Part shown: positions 55,701 through 64,000 of the stretch, in pieces
Layout: every line of letters begins with the position of its first letter
Position numbering within the stretch: position 1 is the first letter of the stretch
Assembly: GCF_016432865.1 (NCBI RefSeq)
Contig: NC_067400.1
Span: forward strand, 612,436,001-612,500,000
Source of the DNA: Antechinus flavipes
Lineage: Eukaryota
Length of the DNA: 64,000 nucleotides
Reading direction: 5' to 3'
Position numbers and translations under genes: made by a program
Notes under the pieces: model-generated
Told to the model about the DNA's origin: nothing
Seen by the model: only the letters and a program-made list of their open reading frames with translations
The model's database searches: none

Positions 55701-57763
55701 GGTCCCTCCCAGGCCGTTGTTGGGGCTCCCTCCGCTGATCACTCCTGTTGTCCACTGAATGTCACCATAATACAGGAGAACGTAAGAAGCATTGGTGCAC
55801 GCAGCCAGCACTGCCTGGAAGGTATTCACCTGTGGGAGTGGGCAGTGGGCCGTTTATAGGTGGGAGTCCATAGAGTCCGCAGAGGGAATAAAAAGGATTC
55901 TGGGGAGGAGATGGAGGAAGAAGCTCCAGGTTGGGAGCAATGAGCCGGGGCCTTCCTAACCTCTCACAAAGATTGCCTAACTTTACAGCCTATGACAACC
56001 TCGGCCAATTTCTTTTCCTTATTTCTGTTTCTTCCTGTTCCTCCCATCTTTCTCCCACTCCATCTTTTTCCCAAGTACAAACCCTTGATCCATCCTGCCT
56101 CTCTACGTCTCTGTTCTCTGATCTCGGTCTCTCCACCCTTCTTCATCTATGCTGACCCAGGGGCCTTTTGAAATCTCAGGAGCATAAGGGCCACCAAGAC
56201 AAGGCTCACTCGTGGGGGTCTGGATCCCCCTCCTTGACTTTTTCCCTTCCCTCACCTGGTCAGTCCGGGAACCAAAGAAGGGGACATGGTCCCAGGTAGC
56301 CACAAACAGAGAGCGAAGAACGATCTCTGGGGAGTCCGGAAAAGCAGCGGCCAGCTCTCTGGAGGCGCGGCTAAGCAGCTCGGGCTGCCGGCTCTCTCGG
56401 TACCACACCTGCCCCTTCTGGAAGGTTGTTATGTCCGCCCAGAATGGAGCCACAAATGCCCGGCCATCTTTCAGAGGTAAGGCTTGAGGCATGAAGTGGG
56501 ATAATGGCACCTCGAAAGAAATCAGGCCGTTGGTGTTCACCTGTGTGGGGTGATGGAGGAAAAATGAAGACCAGAAATCAGGGAGGGAAGGGGAAGAAAA
56601 GGAGAGGGAAAGTGGGGTCAAGGGGAGAGGGAGTGAAAGCCATTTGAGAAGAGGCAGGGATCAAGAGAGGGAAGAAGAAGAGGAGAAGGAGAAAGAAGAG
56701 GAGAAGGAGGAAAAAAGAAGAAGGAGNNNNNNNNNNNNNNNNNNNNNNNNNNNNNNNNNNNNNNNNNNNNNNNNNNNNNNNNNNNNNNNNNNNNNNNNNN
56801 NNNNNNNNNNNNNNNNNNNNNNNNNNNNNNNNNNNNNNNNNNNNNNNNNNNNNNNNNNNNNNNNNNNNNNNNNNNNNNNNNNNNNNNNNNNNNNNNNNNN
56901 NNNNNNNNNNNNNNNNNNNNNNNNNNNNNNNNNNNNNNNGAGTAGAGCCATAGGGAAGACAGGTAACAGGGTGGCAGGGATATCATCCCAGACTCACATA
57001 GATGTTTCTGTAAGTGACTCCAAAGAGGCTGAAGGGTTCAGAAAGTAGGAACTTTGGGGAGACACCATCATCTGCCCTGGGGATACTCTGGTCTCCATGC
57101 TCAGGACCAAAGGGATGCAGGAGGGTGGCTGGGAGTTCAGGGATAGCTCAGAGCACAGAAACAGCCTCTCCCCTCAGGGCTTCAGGACAGAGACCCCCAT
57201 CCTCCCAGAAGCCTCCCTGATTTAACCACCCTCCCCTCTCTACTTTATGCAAGATTGCCCAGTCCTGAGCATCTGTGACTGTTTGCACAGGGCGGGGGTC
57301 TCTGCCCTTGTCTATTCAGTGATGTGAGCAAGTGGCCCAATCAGATTAAGGCCCCCTCCATGTCAGACTCCAGTCTGCACTGTCCCCACCCTGACCTCAC
57401 CCCCATTCCCCATTAAGTGGAGGGTCCTCATCTGGCTTGGGATTTTCCAAGAAGGTAAAAATCGTGTTCCTCCCCTCTTTGACCCCCAACATGTCCAGGA
57501 CAGGGTTGGAGAACAGACTCCCCGCTCTACATCTCCCCACCTTAAATCTCAGCCAGTCTGGTCCTATCCTCCACCCTGGGGCCCCAACTCACCAACCGCA
57601 TCTTGCCCCTGGGCCAGGGACCCCTGCAATGCTGGGGACAGCAGGAAGAGCAGAGGGTGAGAGGGAGCTGAGTTATTTCTCTGCCCCCTTCCCACAGTGC
57701 AGAAGCTTCCTACGCCACTCCCACTCGACACTCACCCACAATCAGCAGCCAGAGCATACCCAT
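34550..57763 (-). CDS. Alpha-tectorin-like / FCGBP-like secreted protein: SP-NIDO-VWC-[VWD-C8-TIL]x6, at least 21 exons, about 2548 aa if the exon-19 frameshift is repaired; no ZP domain found
   Basis: 21 exons with canonical GT-AG sites and no in-frame stops; phases are concordant except at exon 19/20. NIDO motifs (VNTNGLISF, FVAPFWAD, VNTFQAVL, AGFNSG), VWD motifs (GDPHYxTFDG, CGLCGNF), C8 and TIL cysteine patterns. Confidence 0.92.
35069..35210 (+). mobile_element. WSINE1-like SINE
   Basis: ggggacagctagg..cagacacttcacacttcctggctgtgtgaccctgggcaagtcacttaaccccaattgcctc plus A tail. Confidence 0.85.
35574..36120 (-). CDS. Tectorin-like exon 20 (second half of VWD6 plus C8; paralog of exon 12)
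   Basis: 547 nt, stop-free in phase 0. Confidence 0.9.
36732..37329 (-). CDS. Tectorin-like exon 19 (TIL plus first half of VWD6; paralog of exon 11; apparent 1-nt deletion near 36740)
   Basis: 598 nt versus 599 nt for exon 11; ends in phase 2 while exon 20 needs phase 0. Confidence 0.88.
37848..38412 (-). CDS. Tectorin-like exon 18 (second half of VWD5 plus C8; paralog of exon 10)
   Basis: 565 nt. Confidence 0.93.
38840..39050 (+). mobile_element. Mar1-like SINE
   Basis: CORE plus gagaaggaaatg..tgccaagg..aaatggg tail. Confidence 0.7.
39405..40212. repeat. (GGAA/GAAA)n polypurine tract containing two N-runs
   Basis: Seen directly. Confidence 0.9.
40237..40829 (-). CDS. Tectorin-like exon 17 (TIL plus first half of VWD5, GDPH; paralog of exon 9)
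   Basis: 593 nt. Confidence 0.93.
41103..41305 (+). mobile_element. Mar1-like SINE
   Basis: ggggcagctaggtgacaca head, CORE and RTE-type tail. Confidence 0.75.
41523..41788 (-). CDS. Tectorin-like exon 16 (C8)
   Basis: 266 nt, phase 2-1. Confidence 0.92.
42379..42665 (-). CDS. Tectorin-like exon 15 (second half of VWD4)
   Basis: 287 nt, CGMCGNFNG; ends in phase 2. Confidence 0.92.
43140..43430. repeat. Very AT-rich low-complexity tract in the intron between exons 14 and 15
   Basis: Nearly pure A/T (attata/aatat) text. Confidence 0.9.
44200..44601 (-). CDS. Tectorin-like exon 14 (first half of VWD4, GDPH)
   Basis: 402 nt. Confidence 0.93.
45485..45687 (-). CDS. Tectorin-like exon 13 (TIL)
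   Basis: 203 nt, ends GRYYK|gtcagt. Confidence 0.92.
46028..46260 (+). mobile_element. Mar1-like SINE
   Basis: ggcagctagatgg head; ctgagttcaaat; CORE; tail ending gatatgactgaac. Confidence 0.75.
47187..47736 (-). CDS. Tectorin-like exon 12 (second half of VWD3 plus C8)
   Basis: 550 nt. Confidence 0.94.
47790..48141. repeat. 77-101-bp-unit tandem repeat (about 4.5 copies) overlapping the exon 11 donor
   Basis: ttaatatggacct anchor at 47851, 47942, 48043 and 48120. Confidence 0.9.
48135..48733 (-). CDS. Tectorin-like exon 11 (TIL plus first half of VWD3)
   Basis: 599 nt. Confidence 0.94.
48880..49080 (-). mobile_element. L2 3'-end relic
   Basis: agtcagtcaacaagcacgtattaagcacctactgtgtgccag. 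Confidence 0.65.
49274..49625 (+). mobile_element. Marsupial L1 3' UTR fragment
   Basis: Similar to 59815-60040 (ttccaatg.tcttgtga...gagtgtgga...ctgattttcttgtg); ends in AATAAA and an A-rich tail. Confidence 0.8.
50901..51465 (-). CDS. Tectorin-like exon 10 (second half of VWD2 plus C8)
   Basis: 565 nt. Confidence 0.94.
51863..52458 (-). CDS. Tectorin-like exon 9 (TIL plus first half of VWD2, GDPH)
   Basis: 596 nt. Confidence 0.94.
52751..53258 (-). CDS. Tectorin-like exon 8 (second half of VWD1 plus C8)
   Basis: 508 nt, VNGLRFPLP...WRSQAFC. Confidence 0.9.
54836..55224 (-). CDS. Tectorin-like exon 7 (VWC plus first half of VWD1)
   Basis: 389 nt. Confidence 0.9.
55402..55561 (-). CDS. Tectorin-like exon 6 (NIDO end)
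   Basis: 160 nt, AGFNSG...GLWAFRTD..NGCIYK. Confidence 0.94.
55692..55829 (-). CDS. Tectorin-like exon 5 (NIDO)
   Basis: 138 nt, VNTFQAVL...GGTPAQ. Confidence 0.94.
56256..56540 (-). CDS. Tectorin-like exon 4 (NIDO)
   Basis: 285 nt, VNTNGLISF...SRTDQ. Confidence 0.94.
56998..57128 (-). CDS. Tectorin-like exon 3 (ATLLHPFGPEHGD..DDGVSP..LFGVTYRNIY)
   Basis: 131 nt; typical pre-NIDO segment; not in the ORF track. Confidence 0.9.
57593..57631 (-). CDS. Tectorin-like exon 2 (ALQGSLAQGQDAV)
   Basis: 39 nt, phase 1-1; completes a plausible signal peptide. Confidence 0.8.
57736..57763 (-). CDS. Tectorin-like exon 1 (MGMLWLLIV)
   Basis: gccATGG Kozak context; G|gtgagt; TATA box about 35 nt upstream. 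Confidence 0.8.
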
Positions 57764-57796
57764 GGCCCCCCTGCTCCCCACTCAAAAAGGAGCGAG

Positions 57797-57814
57797 TTAT
57801 ATACATCAGCCAAT
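57797..57814 (-). promoter_or_regulatory. TATA box (TATATAA, 57797-57803) with adjacent CCAAT (57810-57814) for the tectorin-like gene
   Basis: Motifs 34-51 nt upstream of the ATG; implies a 5' UTR of about 10 nt. Confidence 0.6.
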
Positions 57815-59015
57815 GGGGTGGGGTCACCCTGGCACCCGGGGTGGAGTTGGGGTCCCGGCCAGAGAATCCACTGGCTTGGATCAGCAGCTCAGACGGCCGC
57901 CTTCACCTTGAAGCCTCGTGCTCTATTGTTCCAGAGATCCGTGGGGCTACGAGTTCCAGGGGCCCTTGGGAGGAGGAACACATCCTAGTTCCCATCGCTT
58001 GTGGTCAAGGCAGAGCCAAGTTGGGGGAAGGGAAGCTGAGTTGGTACAAGTATGTACAAGAGTCTCAATTCCCAGAGAGCCCGGTGCTCTGCGACGAGCA
58101 TCCATGGAAGGGAGTAAAAGGGTCACCTTGAGAAGAGGGATTAAATAATCCCTTTTTTGGTTTTTGTATTTATTTGCAGCATCTAGAATGAATCTTTAAT
58201 ATTCATTAAATTAAAATTAATTTAAAATGTTTGTTGAACTAAATTAAGAAAAGTATGGAGTTGTTTTGTTTTGGTTTTTTAAACTCTTTTTGGCCAGAAA
58301 GCTTCCAAGATGGGTTTAAAATTCCTGCCATGGCCTAGCCAGAGTACAGGGTGTGTGAATGTTGGGGGGGCCGGGTGGGAGGAAAGACTAAGGGAAGGAG
58401 ACAAAGTGGTGACGCTTCTATCCCTCATTTATTTAATATTTTCTAGGGATTCCTACAGACAAAAATGGAAACACTCATTGGGAGAGAGGGAGCCTGGGGA
58501 AGCTGGGGAGACGGTGCATAGGACATAAATTCATCCATTGTTATTATCAGAGTAGGGAAAATCATGACTCCTCTCCATTCTCCCTCCTCTTCCCTTCTCT
58601 TCCCTTTCCAAGAATCCAGGTTTCTGGCTGCTTTCTTCCCTGCCAGTCTTTCTGTGAGGTCTCAGGTTAACAATTAACTCCAGTAGGACTCAGTGTGCTG
58701 GGAACTGATTTGGGGAAGTCTAGAGGGTATGTCATTGGGAAGATGGCGGTCTCTAAGACAGAAGGATGAGAGGGGAAAACTGATGCGGTGAGCTCGTTCT
58801 TTCTCACCTTGTGCCCTCTCCCCAGTCCCTCCCAAGAAAAGGCAAAGAGTCAGCCATGTGTCTGAGTTTCTCCGAGTTTATTAGAAGATCATGATTTCAG
58901 GATCCCTTTGACCTCTAAATCTTCTCAGGGGAATTAGACGGAGACATCTCTCATCTTCTCTTGGTAAATCTGACCAAAATACTCACTCTGAATCACTTTT
59001 TTTAAATCCTTCCAA

Positions 59016-59170
59016 GGAGCAGCCAGGTGGTGCAGTGGATAAAGCACCAGTCCTGAATTCAGGAGGACCTGGGTTCAAATGTGATCTCAGACACTTAACT
59101 TTGCCTGGCTGTGTGACCCTGAGCAAGTCACTTAACTCCAATTGCCTCAACAGCAACAACAAAAATAATA
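59016..59170 (+). mobile_element. WSINE1-like SINE
   Basis: ggagcagccaggtggtgcagtggataaagcacc...ccaattgcctc plus A-rich tail. Confidence 0.87.
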
Positions 59171-59528
59171 AAAATTTTTAAAATGCCCTTAACCGCCATT
59201 GAATCCCACTTGGATCATGCTTCTATGAGCCCTCTTCACTAATTGGGCCAGTAAGGTCTAAGCATCTCCGTATTCCTTGAGCACATCTTTCCTGCTTCAA
59301 AGTCCTACTAGGTCCAACTCCCTCCCCCATGAATCCCTCCTGACCACCTTCCAGTTTCTATCACCAATCTGGCAATTGACCAAACCTGTCTTTGGGATGT
59401 CCCCCAGCTAACTCCCGGATTATGCAAGGTCGCCCAAGCAACTGGGCCCAGTTAGCACAGTGTCCGGCCACCCAAATCAATTCCATGTTCAAATATCCTG
59501 AGCTCAGGTGCTGGTAAGATTAAAAGGT

Positions 59529-60050
59529 GAAACATGTGCACAAATGTTTGTGGCCAGAAACTGGAAACAGAGTGGATGCCCATCAGGTGGAGAATGGCTG
59601 AATAAAGTGTGGTGTATGAATGTTATGGAATATTATTGTTCTGTAAGAAATGACCAACAGGATGATCTCAGAGAGGCCTGGAGAGACTTACATGAACTAA
59701 TGCTGAGGGAAACGAGCAGGACCAGGAAAATATTGTACACAGTTACAGCAAGATTATGTAATGATCAACTCTGATTGACATGGCTCTCTTCAACAATGAG
59801 ATGATAGAGGCCAGTTCCAATGATCTTGTGATGAAGAGAACCATCTGCATCCAGAGAGAGACTGTGGGGACTGAGTGTGGACCTCAACACAGCATTTTCA
59901 CTCTTTTTGTTGTTTTTTGCTTGTATTTTATTTTCTTTCTCATTATTTTTTCCTTTTTGATCTGATTTTTCTTGTGCAGCAAGATAACTGTATAAATATG
60001 TATGCATATATTGGATATAACATATATTTTACCATATTAAAAAAAAAGAT
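59529..60050 (+). mobile_element. 5'-truncated L1 (ORF2 C-terminus plus 3' UTR)
   Basis: Translates to an L1 ORF2-like tail (CAQMFVARNWKQSGCPSGGEWLNKVW...EYY); poly(A) at about 60038-60047. Confidence 0.88.
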
Positions 60051-62713
60051 TAGATGGTAAAGAATAATCTGGCCCTTATCCTCTTGGAGCTAATACTCTC
60101 TAGGGGCTTAGGTACTGAGGAGGAGGAGAAGGAGGAGGAGGAGGAGGAGGAGGAGGAGGATAACTATCATTTATATAATATTTTAAAGTTTGCAAAGCAC
60201 TTTACAGTATGAGACCGAGTAGAGGTTAATAAGATCAAAGGAGGAAAAAGATGCTAGGAAATTTGGGAAAGCAACTTTCAACTACAACATAGTGGGAAAA
60301 GCCAAACAATCCCCAATTAATCTGTAAAGTGCTTGAGGACTGAGATGCAATCTTAACCAGCATGGTACTCATTTCAGACTTGGGTTTTATTAAAACAAGG
60401 ACTATGCTTCCCCCTCGCTCAAACCCAGGGTTCCTGGATTTTGGGGGCCTGGTCTTCTATGCAGACTTGCCCCCAAGTACCTAAACAGAGCTCTGCCTTG
60501 GTGCCATATTGAGTTAGTACTTGTGAAGATTTAAGGGAGAAGCTTGGGAGACAAAGTAAATGATTACCTTCTTCAGCTCTCAAAGTTGCTCTGTTCTCTG
60601 AGCCCTTCCCATCATCAAACCAGGAGCAGGAAGGCAGAGGGAGATAGTGACAGGGAGATAGTAAGTCAAATTAGGAGCTGAAGGGCACAAGGATAGGTGA
60701 TGGGGAGATGATAAGTCAAACGTGCCCAGAGGGCACCCCTCCCCACTCAATCCCACTCCCAATCAGGTAGGCGCCAGCCTCTCACTAGTGCCTCCATTAA
60801 GGCCTCCAGACTGTCTGGCTCTGGAACAAACGTCCCAATATTGGAGAAGTGACACATCTCTTGGGTCCTGAACTGTGTAGATTACCTGGGGTAGGGGAGA
60901 GAGCCAGAGACTAGAAGCCAGTGTAATCTGGGGTCCTGAGGGAGGGAGGTGGAAAATTGGAAAAAGGTCTTAAGCAAGACGGCTGAGATTTGGGATCAAG
61001 TATTGGACTCGTCATTAATTCAATCTATGACAATGGCTCTCATTGTCTCGGCTTGCTCCTTTGTAAAATGGGGAGTTGGGTTTAGACACTCCAGTGCTCT
61101 CCCCATTCTGCCATTTGGGATGGGTGCCAGAATGCCTGGCTTCCTCACCTTGGTCCCACAATGGTCTTGGGGAAAGGGGAATGGGCAGGGGTGAGGATGA
61201 AGGGAGGGCCGAGCAAGACCATTGCCCGCTGCAGTCCAGAGTCTGTGAAACTAAGAAGTATCTCCTGTGGGACAAGTGAAGCTTAAGATCTCTGTCATCC
61301 CCACGCTGCCTGCAAAGACTGAGCCTCCTCATCTGGGTCCCAAGTTTTTCCAGCCCTTTTTGATTGGATCTTCAGAAAACTGACACCCACCCCCCATCTC
61401 TTTCCCATCACGTCTCCCAGTCCCCTGCGATGTACCTGGTCCCAGCCCTGGAGTCTTACCCAACTTGGGGAAAGTGACATTGAAAACATCATCTCCTTGT
61501 ACCTAGAATTTTTCTTTCACAAACCTCAGGTTTTCAGGAGACTGGATGTCGCAGAACAGAAGATCTTTGTAGGCAAAGTATTGATCTGACCTGCTGGGAA
61601 GATAGTAAGGATGACATTGTGTCTCATGTGTTTGGCCCAAGTTCCTCATCCCAAACCCTTCCCCTCAGATCCTAGACCCAGGGCTTGGGATCCTTCTGGG
61701 ACTCCACAGAATGCTTGACATCCAGAGTTTCTGGGACCAAGAGGGAAATTTCCCTAAAATTTTACTTAATCCTCTCACTTGATCCAGGTTAGTCATTCAA
61801 TGTGGGCAAAGAATAGGAAATTGGATCTCTTGGTCCAAAGTTATGGACCCTGCCTCCTCCTAAGATCTCACTCAACCTTCTCCCCACCCCACTCCCACTC
61901 AAGAAGGACTTGACAGAAGAAAAGAATTGCAGAACTCAAGCAGCCTTGGGAGATTGAGAAACTGGGTAAGGGAAGTGGGGAGGGAATAAGCAAATCTGTT
62001 TGCTCAGCTCTCTTACAAATATTAGCTTATTTTATGTCACCAGAACCCTGCAAAGAAACTGCTGTTATTATCTCCCACTAACTAATTTGCACTGGGACGT
62101 GCAATTAATTAAGTACCCACAGGCTAGATCTGGACTCAGGTTTGCTGGACAAGCTGAGAGATCCTAGGCAAATCACTNNNNNNNNNNNNNNNNNNNNNNN
62201 NNNNNNNNNNNNNNNNNNNNNNNNNNNNNNNNNNNNNNNNNNNNNNNNNNNNNNNNNNNNNNNNNNNNNNNNNNNNNNNNNNNNNNNNNNNNNNNNNNNN
62301 NNNNNNNNNNNNNNNNNNNNNNNNNNNNNNNNNNNNNNNNNNNNNNNNNNNNNNNNNNNNNNNCTGATGATATGTATATTCCTTCAGGACAGAGCCAAAA
62401 TAGCAAAGTAAAGTGAGCATTTCTGCTGAGCTCTCCTAATATATCCCTTTAAACAACTTTAAAACATGTGTCAACCTGAATTCTATGTGAAATAATGATC
62501 AAAAAGCCACAGTGAGTCATTTTTCTAGCCCAGGGCAGGTTAGGAAGAGAGAAAGAGGTCTTTGTGTCATCAGGTATGTGTCCTGGTTTTGCCTTTGAAA
62601 GAATTTCGGCTCAAACTGTCTCCAAACCAAGCAAACTCATTTTAAGGAGATTTACAAACTCAGTGTGCAGGCTAAGCTCCTAGAAAGGGTCAGCAGCCCA
62701 GCAAAGCAAGACA

Positions 62714-62718
<5 letters not shown>

Positions 62719-62754
<36 letters not shown>

Positions 62755-62886
62755 AGGCAACTGGGGTTAAGTGACTTGCCCAGGGTCACACAGCTAGAAA
62801 GTGTTAAGTGTCTGAGATCAGATTTGAACTCAGGTCCTCCTGACTTCAGGGCTAGTGCTTTATCCACTGCACCACCTAGCATCCCC
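62719..62886 (-). mobile_element. Relatively young WSINE1-like SINE with a poly(A) tail of about 32 nt and a probable TSD
   Basis: Full head-to-tail match; flanks aagacaaagattttt (62708) and aagggaaagattttt (62887), 13/15 identical. Confidence 0.9.
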
Positions 62887-62899
62887 AAGGGAAAGATTT

Positions 62900-63400
62900 T
62901 TACAGAGTAAATGGTACTGATTATAGCACAAGATATGTAAATTTTGACATTATGGGAGGAATTTTCTATTATGTTATGGGGACTCCTAAAGCCTTGGTGG
63001 AAATGAGCTTGTGGTTACCCAGAATGCATGCAGAAAAGCCCTCTTGGGAGATATTAATTTATAGTAACGCTATTATAACTAGCAAGGGTTCACCCAAGGA
63101 CAACAAAGAGGGGGAGCTCTGCAGGCTCCACGTCAGGGGAAAGATTTATTGAGGTCTGCAGATCAGTGTCTTGTTCTGCATCCCAATGGTGTCATTTTCT
63201 TATTGGCTGATTGGTGTGTTATGTTTTGTGGCTACTGCCACGTGGTAGCCTGGTGATATGGTTACAGAATATGCTTGCCTGAGTAATTGAGACCTTATGA
63301 GCAACGATTTCGGGGGGCTTGGGCCGGGAGAAAATTTGGGTTAGGACGGGCTGGGGACAATAACCAGAATTTCATCGTTTGCACATTGGGGTAGGGGTTC
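62900..63400 (-). mobile_element. Possible LTR-like fragment
   Basis: Minus-strand AATAAA within aataaatctttcccc (about 63137-63151) and nearby CCAAT motifs; ends not defined. Confidence 0.3.
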
Positions 63401-63404
63401 ACTG

Positions 63405-64000
63405 GGAGCAAGATGTGGCGAAAGTGGTCTCACCTGAGTGCTGTGAATGTGGCGGCAGCAGGAGCTGCCAGCACCCGGGGATGATAAAAGGCTTGAATAC
63501 TGGTTGGAGATTCCATGGGACGCAGGCAGGGCTGGGAAGAGGACAGCAACCCTTTGGCCACTCCGTTGCCCATTACCTCATTCCAGGGAAGAGAGCAGTG
63601 TTTGGCGTTGAAAGGGAGCAAGAGCTCTACCTGGGTAAGGACCAGAGCACAGATCAGGAGGCCAGTCAGTGAGCAGACTTCTTTGCAGATCCCACCACTT
63701 TGGAAGCACAGAAAACACACACATTCCCAGGTGAAAAAGTAGCAGGACATGAAAATCAGAAAACCAGGTCAACTATCCCCACCATCATCTGAGGTAAATA
63801 CAACCCAACTCTAACATACAATCCAAAATCTAGAAATAAACTAGAAAATGAGCAAATAACAAAAAAGTATCTTACCACGAGAAGTTTCTATGGTGCCAGT
63901 GAAGCCCAAGACACAAACTCAGAAGACAATGATTTGAAAACATCTATAAGCAAACTCTCAAAAGAAAACTGCAGATTGGACTCAAGGCCAATAAGAATTC
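63405..64000 (+). mobile_element. L1 5' UTR and degenerate ORF1 start (ATG at 63848), running off the window
   Basis: gggagcaagatg L1-type 5' end; ATGAGCAAA...GACACAAACTCAGAAGACAAT resembles the marsupial ORF1 N-terminus, with a stop codon and frameshifts. Confidence 0.75.

Noticed and set aside
34550-57763. Assigning the symbol TECTA, FCGBP or ZAN to the VWD gene
   Set aside because: It is too divergent from the highly conserved TECTA, has six VWDs and no ZP, and lies in the wrong syntenic block. FCGBP and ZAN lack a NIDO head. Orthology cannot be fixed without a phylogeny.
59508-59774. 88-aa ORF as a host gene
   Set aside because: Remnant of the L1 ORF2 C-terminus.
60560-60762. Minus-strand donor (GAAG|gtaatc at about 60566) with an upstream ORF as the first exon of the tectorin-like gene
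   Set aside because: No signal-peptide character; a better Kozak ATG with a TATA box exists at 57763. It could still be an unrelated non-coding exon.

Overview
Marsupial genomic DNA. The SINEs are WSINE1-like and Mar1-like and the L1 ends are marsupial type, so probably an Australian marsupial. The assembly has ten N-runs, all outside exons. The left half is the conserved FXYD/LGI4 block: FXYD7 first coding exon (-), complete FXYD1/phospholemman (-, 92 aa), complete LGI4 (+, 9 exons, 542 aa) and FXYD3 (-, C-terminus uncertain). The right half (about 33.0-57.8 kb, - strand) holds a large gene that I do not recall at this position in human. It has at least 21 coding exons: signal peptide, NIDO, VWC, then six VWD-C8 units alternating with TIL domains. 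Its first 16 exons resemble alpha-tectorin (TECTA) in domain order and intron positions, but the protein is far too divergent to be TECTA. Where TECTA has its ZP module, this gene has a tandem duplicate of exons 9-13. It is a candidate ZP-less TECTA paralog, possibly an ohnolog from the 11q23/19q13 paralogon lost in eutherians. It carries FCGBP-type GDPH autocleavage motifs, two of which lack both tethering cysteines. All exons are stop-free, but exon 19 has one apparent 1-nt deletion. The rest of the window is SINEs, L1/L2 relics, minisatellites and simple repeats. All coordinates and splice phases were read by hand. Comparisons to human genes are from memory and need database confirmation.
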